Below are positions 35,687 through 46,475 of a DNA stretch of 56,539 nucleotides, piece by piece. This DNA is from Aplysia californica (taxonomy: Eukaryota): NCBI RefSeq assembly GCF_000002075.1, contig NW_004798003.1, forward strand, positions 3,881 through 60,419, in the 5' to 3' direction. Under the pieces are notes generated by a model. It was not told where the DNA came from. It saw nothing but the letters and a program-made list of their open reading frames with translations, and did not search any database. Both the position numbers and the translations under genes were made by a program. Each line of letters begins with the position of its first letter. Positions within the stretch are counted from its first letter, which is position 1.

Positions 35687-37118
35687 AAAAGTTCTGAGGC
35701 AACAATGTGCTGATGTGCGTAACATACTGCCGTTGTTTTGTTGGGGTTTTTTTATTGTTTTTTTTATGTTCTTTTTGTTTTTGTTTGGTTTAAATTGTGT
35801 TTTTTGTATTTCAAAAGTTTTTTTCTTGCCGACATCAGGAGCCTTGGGTCCAAACACCTGTACAGCCATATGTGCCTTGTCTCTTGGAAGTTGTAGACTC
35901 AGCAAGTTGTGCGTTCTGCAGCTGGCCAAAATCTACTTCTTTAAACGACATCTTGTCCTCTTTTGTCAATTGATTTCTATATATAAGTATGTGTGTGCGT
36001 CTGTTTACATTAGAAGATGGATGTGTTGAACCCCTCTTGACCCAATGGGCCGGATATCTGGTTTTCCTGTATAACCCGATAGACCTGAAATCAGGTTCAC
36101 TACCTGTTGTTTTGTAATTAATAAAAATATAATTTTTGCACGCAAAACAAACTTCAGTCTATAAATGTTGTTTCAAAAAATGTAAAGTGGTATAAATGTC
36201 AGGCTGTTAATGAAGGTATGAAAAATTTGTTGTAAATGTGTGTTTGTTTTTCAAAGTCGACCAATATTTTAACGACATACTTTAGAAACACAAACAAAAA
36301 TCATCCCGAGCTAAGAGAGTTTGACACATTGATTGATGTTGGATGTGCAAGTGAAATTTCCATACTGTGAACTGCAAAGAGATTTGTGTTCAGTTACAGG
36401 TTTCATGAGTATGATAAATGAATCAGATGTCGTTCATTGTTTTGTGGATTTTCTTCTGGCAGCATCATAATCATATCTCATGAGTTAATGTGTGTTCGAT
36501 GTAGAAAATAAGTACATGTGTGTATGTTTTGGAGGGCGATAATATTCTTGTGAAGAACAAAGAGAGATCACGAACGTGTTATGGTGTTGTGCGTTGTTGT
36601 GTGAGACAAAACTGAAATGAATCAAAGCTGCTTCTGTTTTATGTTCTTTCTTCATGTAATGTTGATGTAGCCTATTGTGTGCCATAGGTTTGTGTGTGTG
36701 TGTGTGTGGGCATGCATTGGTGTTTTTTGTGTTCTTTGTAAATCTTTCTAGCTTCTTGTGTCTGAATCGTCAAGTGCAAACATGACACTGCCTTTTTGTC
36801 CCATTCTGTTTACCAATTCTGAAATATGGCCCTGTCTTTTATCTTGTATTATATTCTGGTACTTGAACATGTGTACTTGCTATTGTGGATTACAGTTGAT
36901 GCATTGTATTTTTAAGCAAGTTTAGGATGTTGCAACCAGTGTCCTGTTGTCTTGTACATGATGCATTCCGCTTTGCTTTGTTAGGAAATGATTGTGTCAT
37001 CACTGACCCTAGACCTCATCCCTGTCTCTGTGGTCGTTGCTAGATGATGCTGTTCGAGTATCTTGGTGGATGTTTGATGGGGGCTCTAATGTGGTTTGCT
37101 CCTTCTTTCCTATCAAAC

Positions 37119-37400
37119 ATCACCAATGCCTTTCACCCCTGGCAGGGTATAGGCCACATACAAGCTCCTTCCTTTTATCTCTGTCCTGAGCCATCGTTCC
37201 AAGTGAGCTTCATTTCTCTCATGTCCCTTTCCACGCATCTCCTCCATGTTTCACGTGGCCTACCCCTGCCTCGTACTCCCTGTGGGTTCCACTGCAGTGA
37301 CTGTCTTGTGATGTTTCCGCTGGGCTTTCTTAAGGTGTGTCCCATCCATCGCCACTTTCTAAGTCCTATTTCTACTTCTATTTATATCCTTTTGTCCTGT
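37119..37400 (-). mobile_element. RTE-like LINE 3' fragment
   Basis: Minus strand reads ..GHTLRKPSGNITRQSLQWNPQGVRGRGRPRETWRR.. Confidence 0.75.
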
Positions 37401-39382
37401 CCTTTCCCACAGTTTATCAAACATATTATATTGTCCTTACACATGTATCTCTTGTTTTCTTTGTATGTTACTCTCTACCTATACCTTTAACTCTAATGTT
37501 CGGCACTTGTGACCTATTTTGTGTTGCAAGTGCCATTAAATATTTGTTTAAACTCTTACTGAGACTAAAGTTAACAGGTTGCCTGAGGGTCCAAATGTAT
37601 GTTTTGATGCTATTTGATAAAATGAATAAGTCAAAGATGTCCATCAAACCCGTACAGTTGCTCTTTGCATTTATGAATGTAATTTTCTACTTTATCGTTG
37701 GTTATAATGCTACATGTGAGATAGCATGGTGAAATCAGGTGCTTGTCAAAATAATGAAATTGAAGAAACAGGCATTTTTTCTGCCAGTTTGGCAATTTTT
37801 ATCAAATTTGTTTTTTGACTTTACACCATTTTTTCCAATTAAGAGCACATTTCTGGGTGGATTTTACTGAAAAACGTTGATTAAAGGCACGAAAAAGTAA
37901 GTTTTCAGTTTCCACGGACTATCAAGCTATGGAAATAACCTGACTTTGGTGGCCATTTTCTCCCTAATTCCACCTTTGAAACCAGGCGACCCCCACCTTC
38001 AATCTCAAATATCTTGACTTCCATTCAAGATAGATGGGCATTTATATTCACTGATAGCAAGAGAATTGAACAAGCTTTGGGTAGAGTTTTGAGCTTGTTC
38101 TTGTTATTTCACTTGGTACTCCACAACCACAGCAGTTGTCTGATATTGAGTTTCATTGTGCTCTTTATTCTGTGAATCAAATGTGTGAGTGTGTGTGGGT
38201 GTGTTTGGGAGGGAGGTATAATGTATACGTATAGAACTAAGCATGCAAACTTTATGTGTTTTGAAGAAAGTAACTGTAGTTGTAATGTTTGTGTTGCCTG
38301 TAGTGTAAATTGATTTTTATCATGAATGAGAATGTGCATGGGTACGGGAAGTGTATAGAGTGTGCTTGGACGCATGAGTGGATCAGAATTATGTTCTGGA
38401 TTGTGTAAAGTTTGTTTGTTTGTTTGTTTGTTTGTTTTTCTTTTTGCTTGAAAAAGTAAACTTCCTTTTTTTTTGTCTTTCTACTATTTATGAAGTGGTG
38501 AGGAGGTGAATAAAACAACTGAGATTTCCATTCTGTCTTACTTGTCTTACTTGTCCACTGTGTTGGGGTCACCGCAGTCGGAACATGTCCATCTCTGCTC
38601 CCCTTCCCTCTTGAGGATCCGTCCCAGAGTCTATCTTCTTGTAGTCTCCATCATAATCTGGGTAGGAGATCCGTTGGACTGGTCCGCACAGATGGCTGTG
38701 TTTCCCCTCTCCTCCTTGGATCCTCTTCTCCTTCAATCTACCTAGAGTGTGGTAACCGCTATCCGCCCTATTCTTCCTCAAATTTTCCCTTTCCATAGTG
38801 TACATAGTACAAGTTATTTCTCTGGTGGAACTGAAGAAACACAGTTCTCTACCCTAGAATTACAAAGTAAGTTCTATCTGCTCAGTAGTAGGGCCTACCT
38901 AGTTTTGAGAAATTTGACGTTTAAAATTTAAGTTTCACAACATGTCAAGCTTTTTTCACTTAAGATTTTGATATATATATATATAACAAATAGGACATTT
39001 GGCCATTTGGTGTCTTGGTCTTACAAACTCAAAACGTCCAAAAATGTCAGATAGAACTTTGTAATTCTATGGTAGCGACTTGTCATTCTGTAAGTTGGCT
39101 TGGTTTTGGTTATGCTGTGTAAAAGTAGTGTGGATGAAATCAGTTGTTGTTGTTTTTTTTCTTTGTTTTTTTTTTGGGGGGGGGGGGATGGGCTGTTCTT
39201 GCCCTTGGGTTGTTTGGAGAGTTCCCAATGCTCTCCACCTGTTTACGGTCGACTCCACCGCTTGCGTTGAACTATGATGACCGTATTGTGTTGCAAGTGT
39301 GATCAAACTCGGCAATAGATAGTCCACCGCTGAATAGTCATTTATTAAAGTCTGCCCTACGTCAGTTGGACATAGTAATACC

Positions 39383-39569
39383 GTGGGTGGTTGGCGGGTG
39401 CTCTGGTGTGGTTTGCTCCTTCTTTACTATCAAACATCTATCGTCCTTATAAATCTCTCCTTCTTCTTTTTTATGTTTGTCACTCCCTTGTAACACCTAT
39501 AATCTTCTGGCGCTCATATGACCATATGCAGTTGCGAGCGCCGTAAAACCTCTACTAAAACTATACTAA
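39383..39569 (+). mobile_element. Family B short retroposon copy
   Basis: TSD ATAGTAATACC at 39372-39382 and 39570-39580. Confidence 0.85.
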
Positions 39570-40236
39570 ATAGTAATACCACCAAGGAGGTTATACATTT
39601 GTAAGGTCCTTGATTATCTCCTTCAAAAAATCATTGCGGATGGCAAGAGAAACATCCTTCTGGCGAGTTTGAGTTTAAACTTTGAGGAAAGAGAGATACT
39701 GATAAACAAATTAATTGGTATTTGCGCCGAAACTGAAACACTGTAGCTTTGCCGACTCTGTGCCGCACAGTCAGCCGAGGAAGTCATGCTGTCTGGGAAA
39801 GTCTTTGTGGAGCCTCTCCTCAATAATGAATTTGTTCATCAGCGTTTGTGGAGTCCACCAATCACCTAACATGTATTTAAATAAATAAATAAATAAATTG
39901 CATTTATATATAGCGCCTTTCCACAAAGAAGTGCTCAATGCTCTGTACAGTAATACCAGAGAGTTTACAGTAATATTACTGTAAACCCTCTCTTCTGGTG
40001 GTAATACAAAGAACACAGCTCCCATAGTAACCATCTTTCNNNNNNNNNNNNNNNNNNNNNNNNNNNNNNNNNNNNNNNNNNNNNNNNNNNNNNNNNNNNN
40101 NNNNNNNNNNNNNNNNNNNNNNNNNNNNNNNNNNNNNNNNNNNNNNNNNNNNNNNNNNNNNNNNNNNNNNNNNNNNNNNNNNNNNNNNNNNNNNNNNNNN
40201 NNCAGTGTTTTAGCGCAAATACCGCTTTGTTTATCA

Positions 40237-40445
40237 CTATCCCCGCGGTTTCACCCCCCCCCCCCCAAAAAAAAAAAACCAAAAAAAAAAAAATTTCTGA
40301 AATTATGAAATCTGAGCCCAAAAACGTGAAATTATGCGATTCTGTTAATTTTATCAAAGAATGATTCAGGAAAATAATCAGAAATTGTGCAATAAATGAT
40401 CTAATTTTGCTAAGTTATACAGGGTGCTTAAAACCCCGGGGACAG
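40237..40445 (+). mobile_element. Second copy of the 6-bp-TSD MITE
   Basis: Colinear with 11003-11182. TSD TTATCA at 40231-40236 and 40446-40451. Confidence 0.8.
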
Positions 40446-40847
40446 TTATCAGTACATGTATAGTATATGTGATCTGTCTTTCCTCAAAGTTTAAACTCCA
40501 ACTCGGCAGAAGGAAAACTTGAGCATGTTTCTCTTGCTATTCGCACAATGATTCTTTTGAAAGAGATAATCAAGGACCTTACAACTGTATAACCCCCTCG
40601 GGGATAATCTTCTTTTACAAGGGTATCATGCTGGACTACAGAGTGGAATAACCCTGGTTCACAACCCAACAACACGGGCATTTTAATTTTAATCTTTTTA
40701 ATATTGTGTTTTAAGACTATCGGACCCGCAAGGCTCTCCACGCGCTCATGGTGTTTGGAGGGTGCCACTGGTAGTTCTTATTTCTTTATTGTCCCTCTCT
40801 CTTTTTTCTGTCTGTCTCACTTACTTTTCCCCATCACTTACTTATTA

Positions 40848-41520
40848 CAGTGCGGTCAAAAATTCATGGTGCAACTTATCCTTAAATACCTTTTGAATGG
40901 TTAAAACGTAAATCCTTGTCACCCATACTTAATACTTTGCACAGCAGTTTTATCAATTTGTCTTAACTTAAGCATATTTTTCCACAACAGTTGAGGCTGG
41001 ATGAAAAAAACTTTTCTTCATTAATTTAATTTATATAAAATACTACTAATCTCCTTCACGCGGAAAATAGAATTGTTCACAGCACTTCCCGCTTCTCACA
41101 CACATTTTATTTTGCATACGCATTGGCTTACATCACAGCTCACCTATTACCCTTTTTAATGGCAAAACTAGATACCAGAAATTAATTTTATAGTGAACAC
41201 TGTTTTTGCACTAAAAGTTCTCAAAACTAGCGTTCAATAAAGATATCTCGCGATTAGAAAAAAAAAGACAGGCTTGCTTTTAAAAGCTATATGTTCAAGC
41301 TGTGAACCTTTTAAAATCAGTAGAAACCACCCGCTGGGATTTGTTATTAGTATTTTTAAGGAATTTTCTAGAATAGAGCTAACAACTTAGTGTTTACAAA
41401 ATTATATATCTTTTAATTAAGACAAAGTACTACAAGTCACAGTACCAAAGCTGGAGAGTTTATGTTCCATACGTTGAGATATTTGGCAATAAGTTGCACA
41501 GCGAAATTTTGACCGCACTA
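40848..41520. mobile_element. Tc1/mariner-type MITE
   Basis: TA-CAGTGCGGTCAAAA..TGCAACTTAT left end and ATAAGTTGCA..TTTTGACCGCACT right end. Confidence 0.7.
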
Positions 41521-41626
41521 CATGTATAAGTCTTACTGACATACTCTATCCCTATACAAACAAGCATTAAATGACCATTATTGTGTTGATGTGCTTATTT
41601 TTACTCAAACGTACAAACATACAAGG

Positions 41627-42062
41627 AGGGGGGCGGGGTGTCGTGGCCTAGAGAATATGGTGTTCGCTACTGACATTCAATAGGTACCGGGTTCGAATCC
41701 TGATAGCGACGGAAATTTTTCCTCTCTAAAATTGTATCCTTTCACCTTCTTAACTGCTGTCTTTCAGCCACACCCCTGATCTTATGGTAGGAAAGATCTA
41801 CACCTAGCCTTCTTGGACAAGGACGAAAAATCGGAAGGTCCTGTGTGCAAGTTGCGCACGTAAAAGATCCCTTGGTTGTCCAAAATCGATAAGGGTAGGC
41901 TTCGGCTGCCACCCGGGCAAAATTCAAAATTTCCTACCAACTGAAAATGTTTAATACATTTTATACATATTAATTTGTCTGTATACCTATTAATATGTCC
42001 CACACGCTCATATGACCTTATATATTCAGTTGTGAGCGCCGTAAAACGCTTACCAAAGCAAA
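41627..42062 (+). mobile_element. Deu/Nin-like SINE copy
   Basis: Colinear with 19299-19845 with an internal deletion. B box GGTTCGAATCC. Confidence 0.85.
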
Positions 42063-42192
42063 CAAACAAACAAGGCTCTCCATCCATATTAAAGGGAGAT
42101 GGTAATGCTATCGCTGAAAAAGTTCTAACTTAACTTACGTTACGTCCCTTGGGCAATAATAAACTCACTGAGGCGATAACAGAACCTCAAAA

Positions 42193-42512
42193 AATTATCA
42201 CCCTTATTCGAGAAGGCTAGGTCTAGGTGTTCGATCTTACCTACCCTAAGATCAGGGGTGTTGCTGAAACACAGCAGTAAGGAGGAGCCAAAAGGAGTAG
42301 CAGTAGAAAAGCTGCAGAAAGAGCCAGGAACCCAAAGGAGGCAAAGAGTGGAAGCGAAAGCTGACGACAGAACATGATTAGAGGGGAGGAAATGAGTTGA
42401 AAGGAGAAAAAAAAAAAAAAAAAAAAGAAAACTTTCCTTCGCTGTCAGGTTTCGAACCCAAGACTTATTAAATTAGAGGCGAACACCTTAACCTCTAGAC
42501 TACGAGAGCCCC
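42193..42512 (-). mobile_element. Deu/Nin-like SINE, 5' half
   Basis: Reverse complement of the head and pyrimidine-rich body of the same family. Confidence 0.75.
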
Positions 42513-42732
42513 ACCCACCCCGTGGTTTAATTTAGATTAGTGGTAGGTGCTTCGCTGTCACACGCAGGAGACCCGAGTTGGGCTCCTTAATAGGGATGGA
42601 TCTAACTTTTTACCGAGTGTCTGGATCTTTCAGTTAGTGTTAGGATGTTGTCATGTATCGCTCTCATCTTGGGGTGACCTTGCAGCCAGGGTCGGAAGCC
42701 CGCCTCCTGCCTAAATGATCTAAATCGTGTTG

Positions 42733-43069
42733 ATAATAATAATAAATAGCATTTGTATAGTGCATATCCCCGCTCAACAGCAGGTTCTATGCGCTTTACT
42801 CTAAATTATTACCCCAGCACACCATGGAGCACTCAGAAATATTCTCAGCTTCCCGGGAAGCATACTGTTAAGCGCTCAAACACTAACAAATTGACAAGAT
42901 CTTTCGCTGTCTATAGCCGGGTACCCATTCCCACCTGGGTGAAGTGAGGAAAAAAGTGTAAATTTAAGTGCCTTTCCCAAGGACACAACGTCGGGCCCCT
43001 AACGGGATTCGAACCCACGACCTTATGGTTGCGAGTCCGAGAGCCTAACCACTAGGTCACCGACGCCAC
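42733..43069 (-). mobile_element. CORE-like SINE copy
   Basis: Colinear with 14937-15297. Confidence 0.8.
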
Positions 43070-43301
43070 GTGATGGCCTAAAAACACCAACAATTTGTTG
43101 GGGAAAAAATTGGGTCAAACCCGGAGTATAAATAGAGATTTGATTGTTTGCCACCCTAGACTAGAATTATAAAGCTCTGTCTGCTCAGTGCCAAGTACAG
43201 TTGTATTGAGAAATTTTGATGTTAAAAACGTTGAGTTTCACAACACGTCATGCTTTTTCGCACGCATCTCTTTGAATATCTTGATAACGAACGACTCCAT
43301 A

Positions 43302-43741
43302 TGTGGGGCAGCGTGGTGGAATCAGGCTCTCGTCAAAATAATCAAATTGAACAAACCTGCATTTTTCCGCAGGTTTGTGAATTTTTATCAAATTTTTGTT
43401 TTTTGGCTCAACACCTTTCATGCCCAATAAAGAATTCATTTCTGTGTTGATTTTTCTGAAAAACGTTGATTAAAAGCACCAAAAAAATGGAAATTTTCAG
43501 TTACCACGGACTCTTAGGCTAAGGAAATAACCAATCTTTGGCGGCCTTTTCTCACTAATGTTTCCTCTGAAAACAGGTGACCCTCACCTCCTTCATTCGC
43601 AAATATCTTCAAATGTATTCAAGATGAATGGACATTAATTTTTAATCCAAATAAAGACAAGTGAACAAGCTTTAGGATGATACCAATAACTCTACATACC
43701 CACAAATTGACGAGAGCCTGATTCCACCACGCTGCATCACA
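43302..43741 (+). mobile_element. MITE with TGTG...CACA termini (~440 bp)
   Basis: Perfect 29-bp inverted core GCAGCGTGGTGGAATCAGGCTCTCGTCAA, TA on both flanks. Confidence 0.85.
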
Positions 43742-44339
43742 TATAATCTTACGAATTTGATAGAGCAGACAGAACATTAATTTTGGTATCTGACCTCATC
43801 GTCTTAGTAACGGCCAAGAATGTCACATACATGTAGAACTTTGTCATTCGAAGGTACCGAGAGGCTAAACGTGCGGCAGATGCTCAGCTTCCCCTGGGTT
43901 TTTTTTTTCTTCGACCGGTATCTTATAATCTGGTTTTGGCCCCAGTTAAGGCCTAATATTTAGGAAGGCGACNNNNNNNNNNNNNNNNNNNNNNNNNNNN
44001 NNNNNNNNNNNNNNNNNNNNNNNNNNNNNNNNNNNNNNNNNNNNNNNNNNNNNNNNNNNNNNNNNNNNNNNNNNNNNNNNNNNNNNNNNNNNNNNNNNNN
44101 AACGCAACACTTCATTCGGAGAGTCTGTACACGTTTGTATCAAATGAAGTATGAAGATACTCAAGAAAGAACAAAAGAAGTGTTTATTGAAGCTGATCCG
44201 TTTACAACCCAGCCCATGGATCAATTTAATCACATAATATTGTATGAACTGATTTCGATACATTGTCTTGTCTTCCTTTTATCGGAGTGCTGATAAGCAC
44301 AAGTCGATACCGGTATTTAATAAAGATCTGATCACACCT

Positions 44340-44575
44340 TTAGAACATTGTATGACCATCGTTAACATTAAACAGACCAAGGCGTGTCTTCACATGGATT
44401 TTTATAACATTTATTGTAAAGTTTTGTTGAGAAATTATGTCCTACTTTTGTATCAGCGCTACCCCCAATTGTGGCAGATTTTCCAATCGGCCTCTTGCAC
44501 GCACTCGATTCGGATCGTCCCTTTTCTTGTGCACTATATTGAAGACATGTCCGGTGCAGCCAGTACTGGCGAGTT
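44340..44575 (-). pseudogene. Tc1-like transposase C-terminal remnant
   Basis: Frameshifted PDMSSI* / NRVRAR..ENLPQLGVALIQK*DIISQ / KSM*R..NDGHTMF*, parallel to the Tc1 C-terminus (SPDLNPIE..L..AL..W..I.Q..SMRRR..GGHT.Y). Confidence 0.65.
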
Positions 44576-45413
44576 CGTATGACATTCATGTACGGTAATT
44601 ATAACCTTCCAGAAACTGTGTTGCTGTTGTTGTTGTGGGTGGTTTCCTTATATTATTCGGAGGGTTTTACCTGTCTAAGACGGAGAATGTTTTGTCCACT
44701 CAGCCCTGATTTGAAACAAAACTACACTAGATTCTAGATCTAGATCTATCACGTTTGGTTCCATCGGCTCAAACTTTTACGTCACGCCGCCAGGCGAGGA
44801 AGGAGGAGTTATAGGGGCTCAATATGAAAAGAGAAGGATGTTACCCATCCCTGTGAGCCAACGCCTACTCTAAAACTGGCGTTGATGTGAGCCTAGACGG
44901 TCAGAGATAGTATAAGAACGTATAGATGTGAGCCCTTATAAGAAGTTATTGGTGCAGCGATAGTGTGTGGGTGTGAAATTCCTGTGATGTCCTTTTGTGT
45001 GGAAGGGCAGTGAACAAGGGAAGATGGTGATATACCCCTGGTCCAAGCCTTCATCCCCCGACCTCCACTCGCCAGTACCTGTGAACTGTGAAAGTGCTTG
45101 AAGTGCATGAGGCTCCAGTATGGAAACTTCGACGAGTCGCCAGACAGAACCCATGGGTGTGAAATTAGTATGGCCGGCAATAATATGTCTGCCGCCCTGA
45201 TCGTACGTCCAGCCAAGAAAACAGTTCCTGGAATCATTAAATTATTGTTTCAAGCACGAGAGGATGGCACTGGTTGACTGCGTTTATTAACCACGGTGTG
45301 TGGGGCTAAGGATGGGACGTACGTGTAGGTTATAGATGATTGAACGTTTCTATTTTTGATAGGTCAAACAAATTAGGTCTTTTTTATTTATTAATTTTAA
45401 AAAAATGGTAATA

Positions 45414-45800
45414 AGTGTTTTACTGCGCTCGCCAACTGCATTAGGTCATATGAGCGCACGGTACACATTAAACGTTTTCAGTTGGTAGAACATTTTGAAT
45501 TTTGCCCGGGTGGCGGCTGAAGCCTACTCTTATCGGTTTTAGGATATTATTTCACGCGCAACTTGCATACGGGGCCTCCGAGATTTTTTATCTTTGTTCG
45601 AGAGGCTAGGCGCAGATCTTTATTCCTACCAGAAAATCAGGGTTGTGGCTGAAAGACAGCAGTAAAAATACGGGGCCAAGGAGTAGCAGTAGAATTTTTT
45701 TAATTTAAAGGATGTTGCAGAAAGAGTGGGCCCAGCGAAGAGGAGGCAAAGGGAGTGAGTTGGTCAAAAAATAAAGCGGAGACGTAGAGAGCAGGAAAGG
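45414..45800 (-). mobile_element. Deu/Nin-like SINE, 5'-truncated
   Basis: Reverse complement of the body and tail (ttttgaattttgcccgggtggcgg..). Confidence 0.8.
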
Positions 45801-46233
45801 AGGTGAGGTACAAGACAAATGTCAATAATATGCAAGCCCTTGGACAGTAGATAAGTAGGACTGACGCATACCATTATCAGAAAGGATAGCACCTGTGAGA
45901 TGCGTTAAAAAAAAAATAGCAGAGGGTTTTACAGCGCTCGCAACTGCATAGATCTAAGGTCATATGAGCGCCATCTGGGAGATGAGAAATTTTGACCACT
46001 GTTTGCCGACCTGACAGGCAACCTTTGATCCCACCGGCTGAGTCTATTACCCCCCCCCCCACCCCTCCACCGCCCTCGAAATCCCCCCTAAGATAGTACC
46101 GTAGGGTATAGTATCTTAGATCCCTCTACGGAAAATGTCTAGCCAAGGCATGGAAATTATTTTCCGGCTCCCTTTGCGATTCTGTCTTATATAAATAATA
46201 ATAAATGTACACACACGTATACACACACAAACG

Positions 46234-46291
<58 letters not shown>

Positions 46292-46446
46292 AATAACAAT
46301 AATATTTTTAAAAATAATAAATTAATTGCATGAAAGCCTTGTCCAAAAGGTCTCCGCCACGAGCCATTTAATACGGAACTACGGCTGAGCTGAATTGAAA
46401 CTCCGGACATCACGCGTGTAAAATAAAAACATGAACCAAAGTAAAC

Positions 46447-46475
46447 ATGGCTGATTCGGAGACGGATCACGAGAG
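46447..46475 (+). CDS. RUBCN: Probable RUBCN first coding exon (MADSETDHE-S)
   Basis: aaacATGG start context in CpG-containing DNA. Ends AG|gtctgc in phase 2, matching the next exon. Confidence 0.55.

Noticed and set aside
38545-38805. ORF 38569-38805 (-) as a host exon
   Set aside because: No convincing splice context or known motif. It ends in a short tandem tail (GACAAGTAA)n and looks like a decayed retroposon end.
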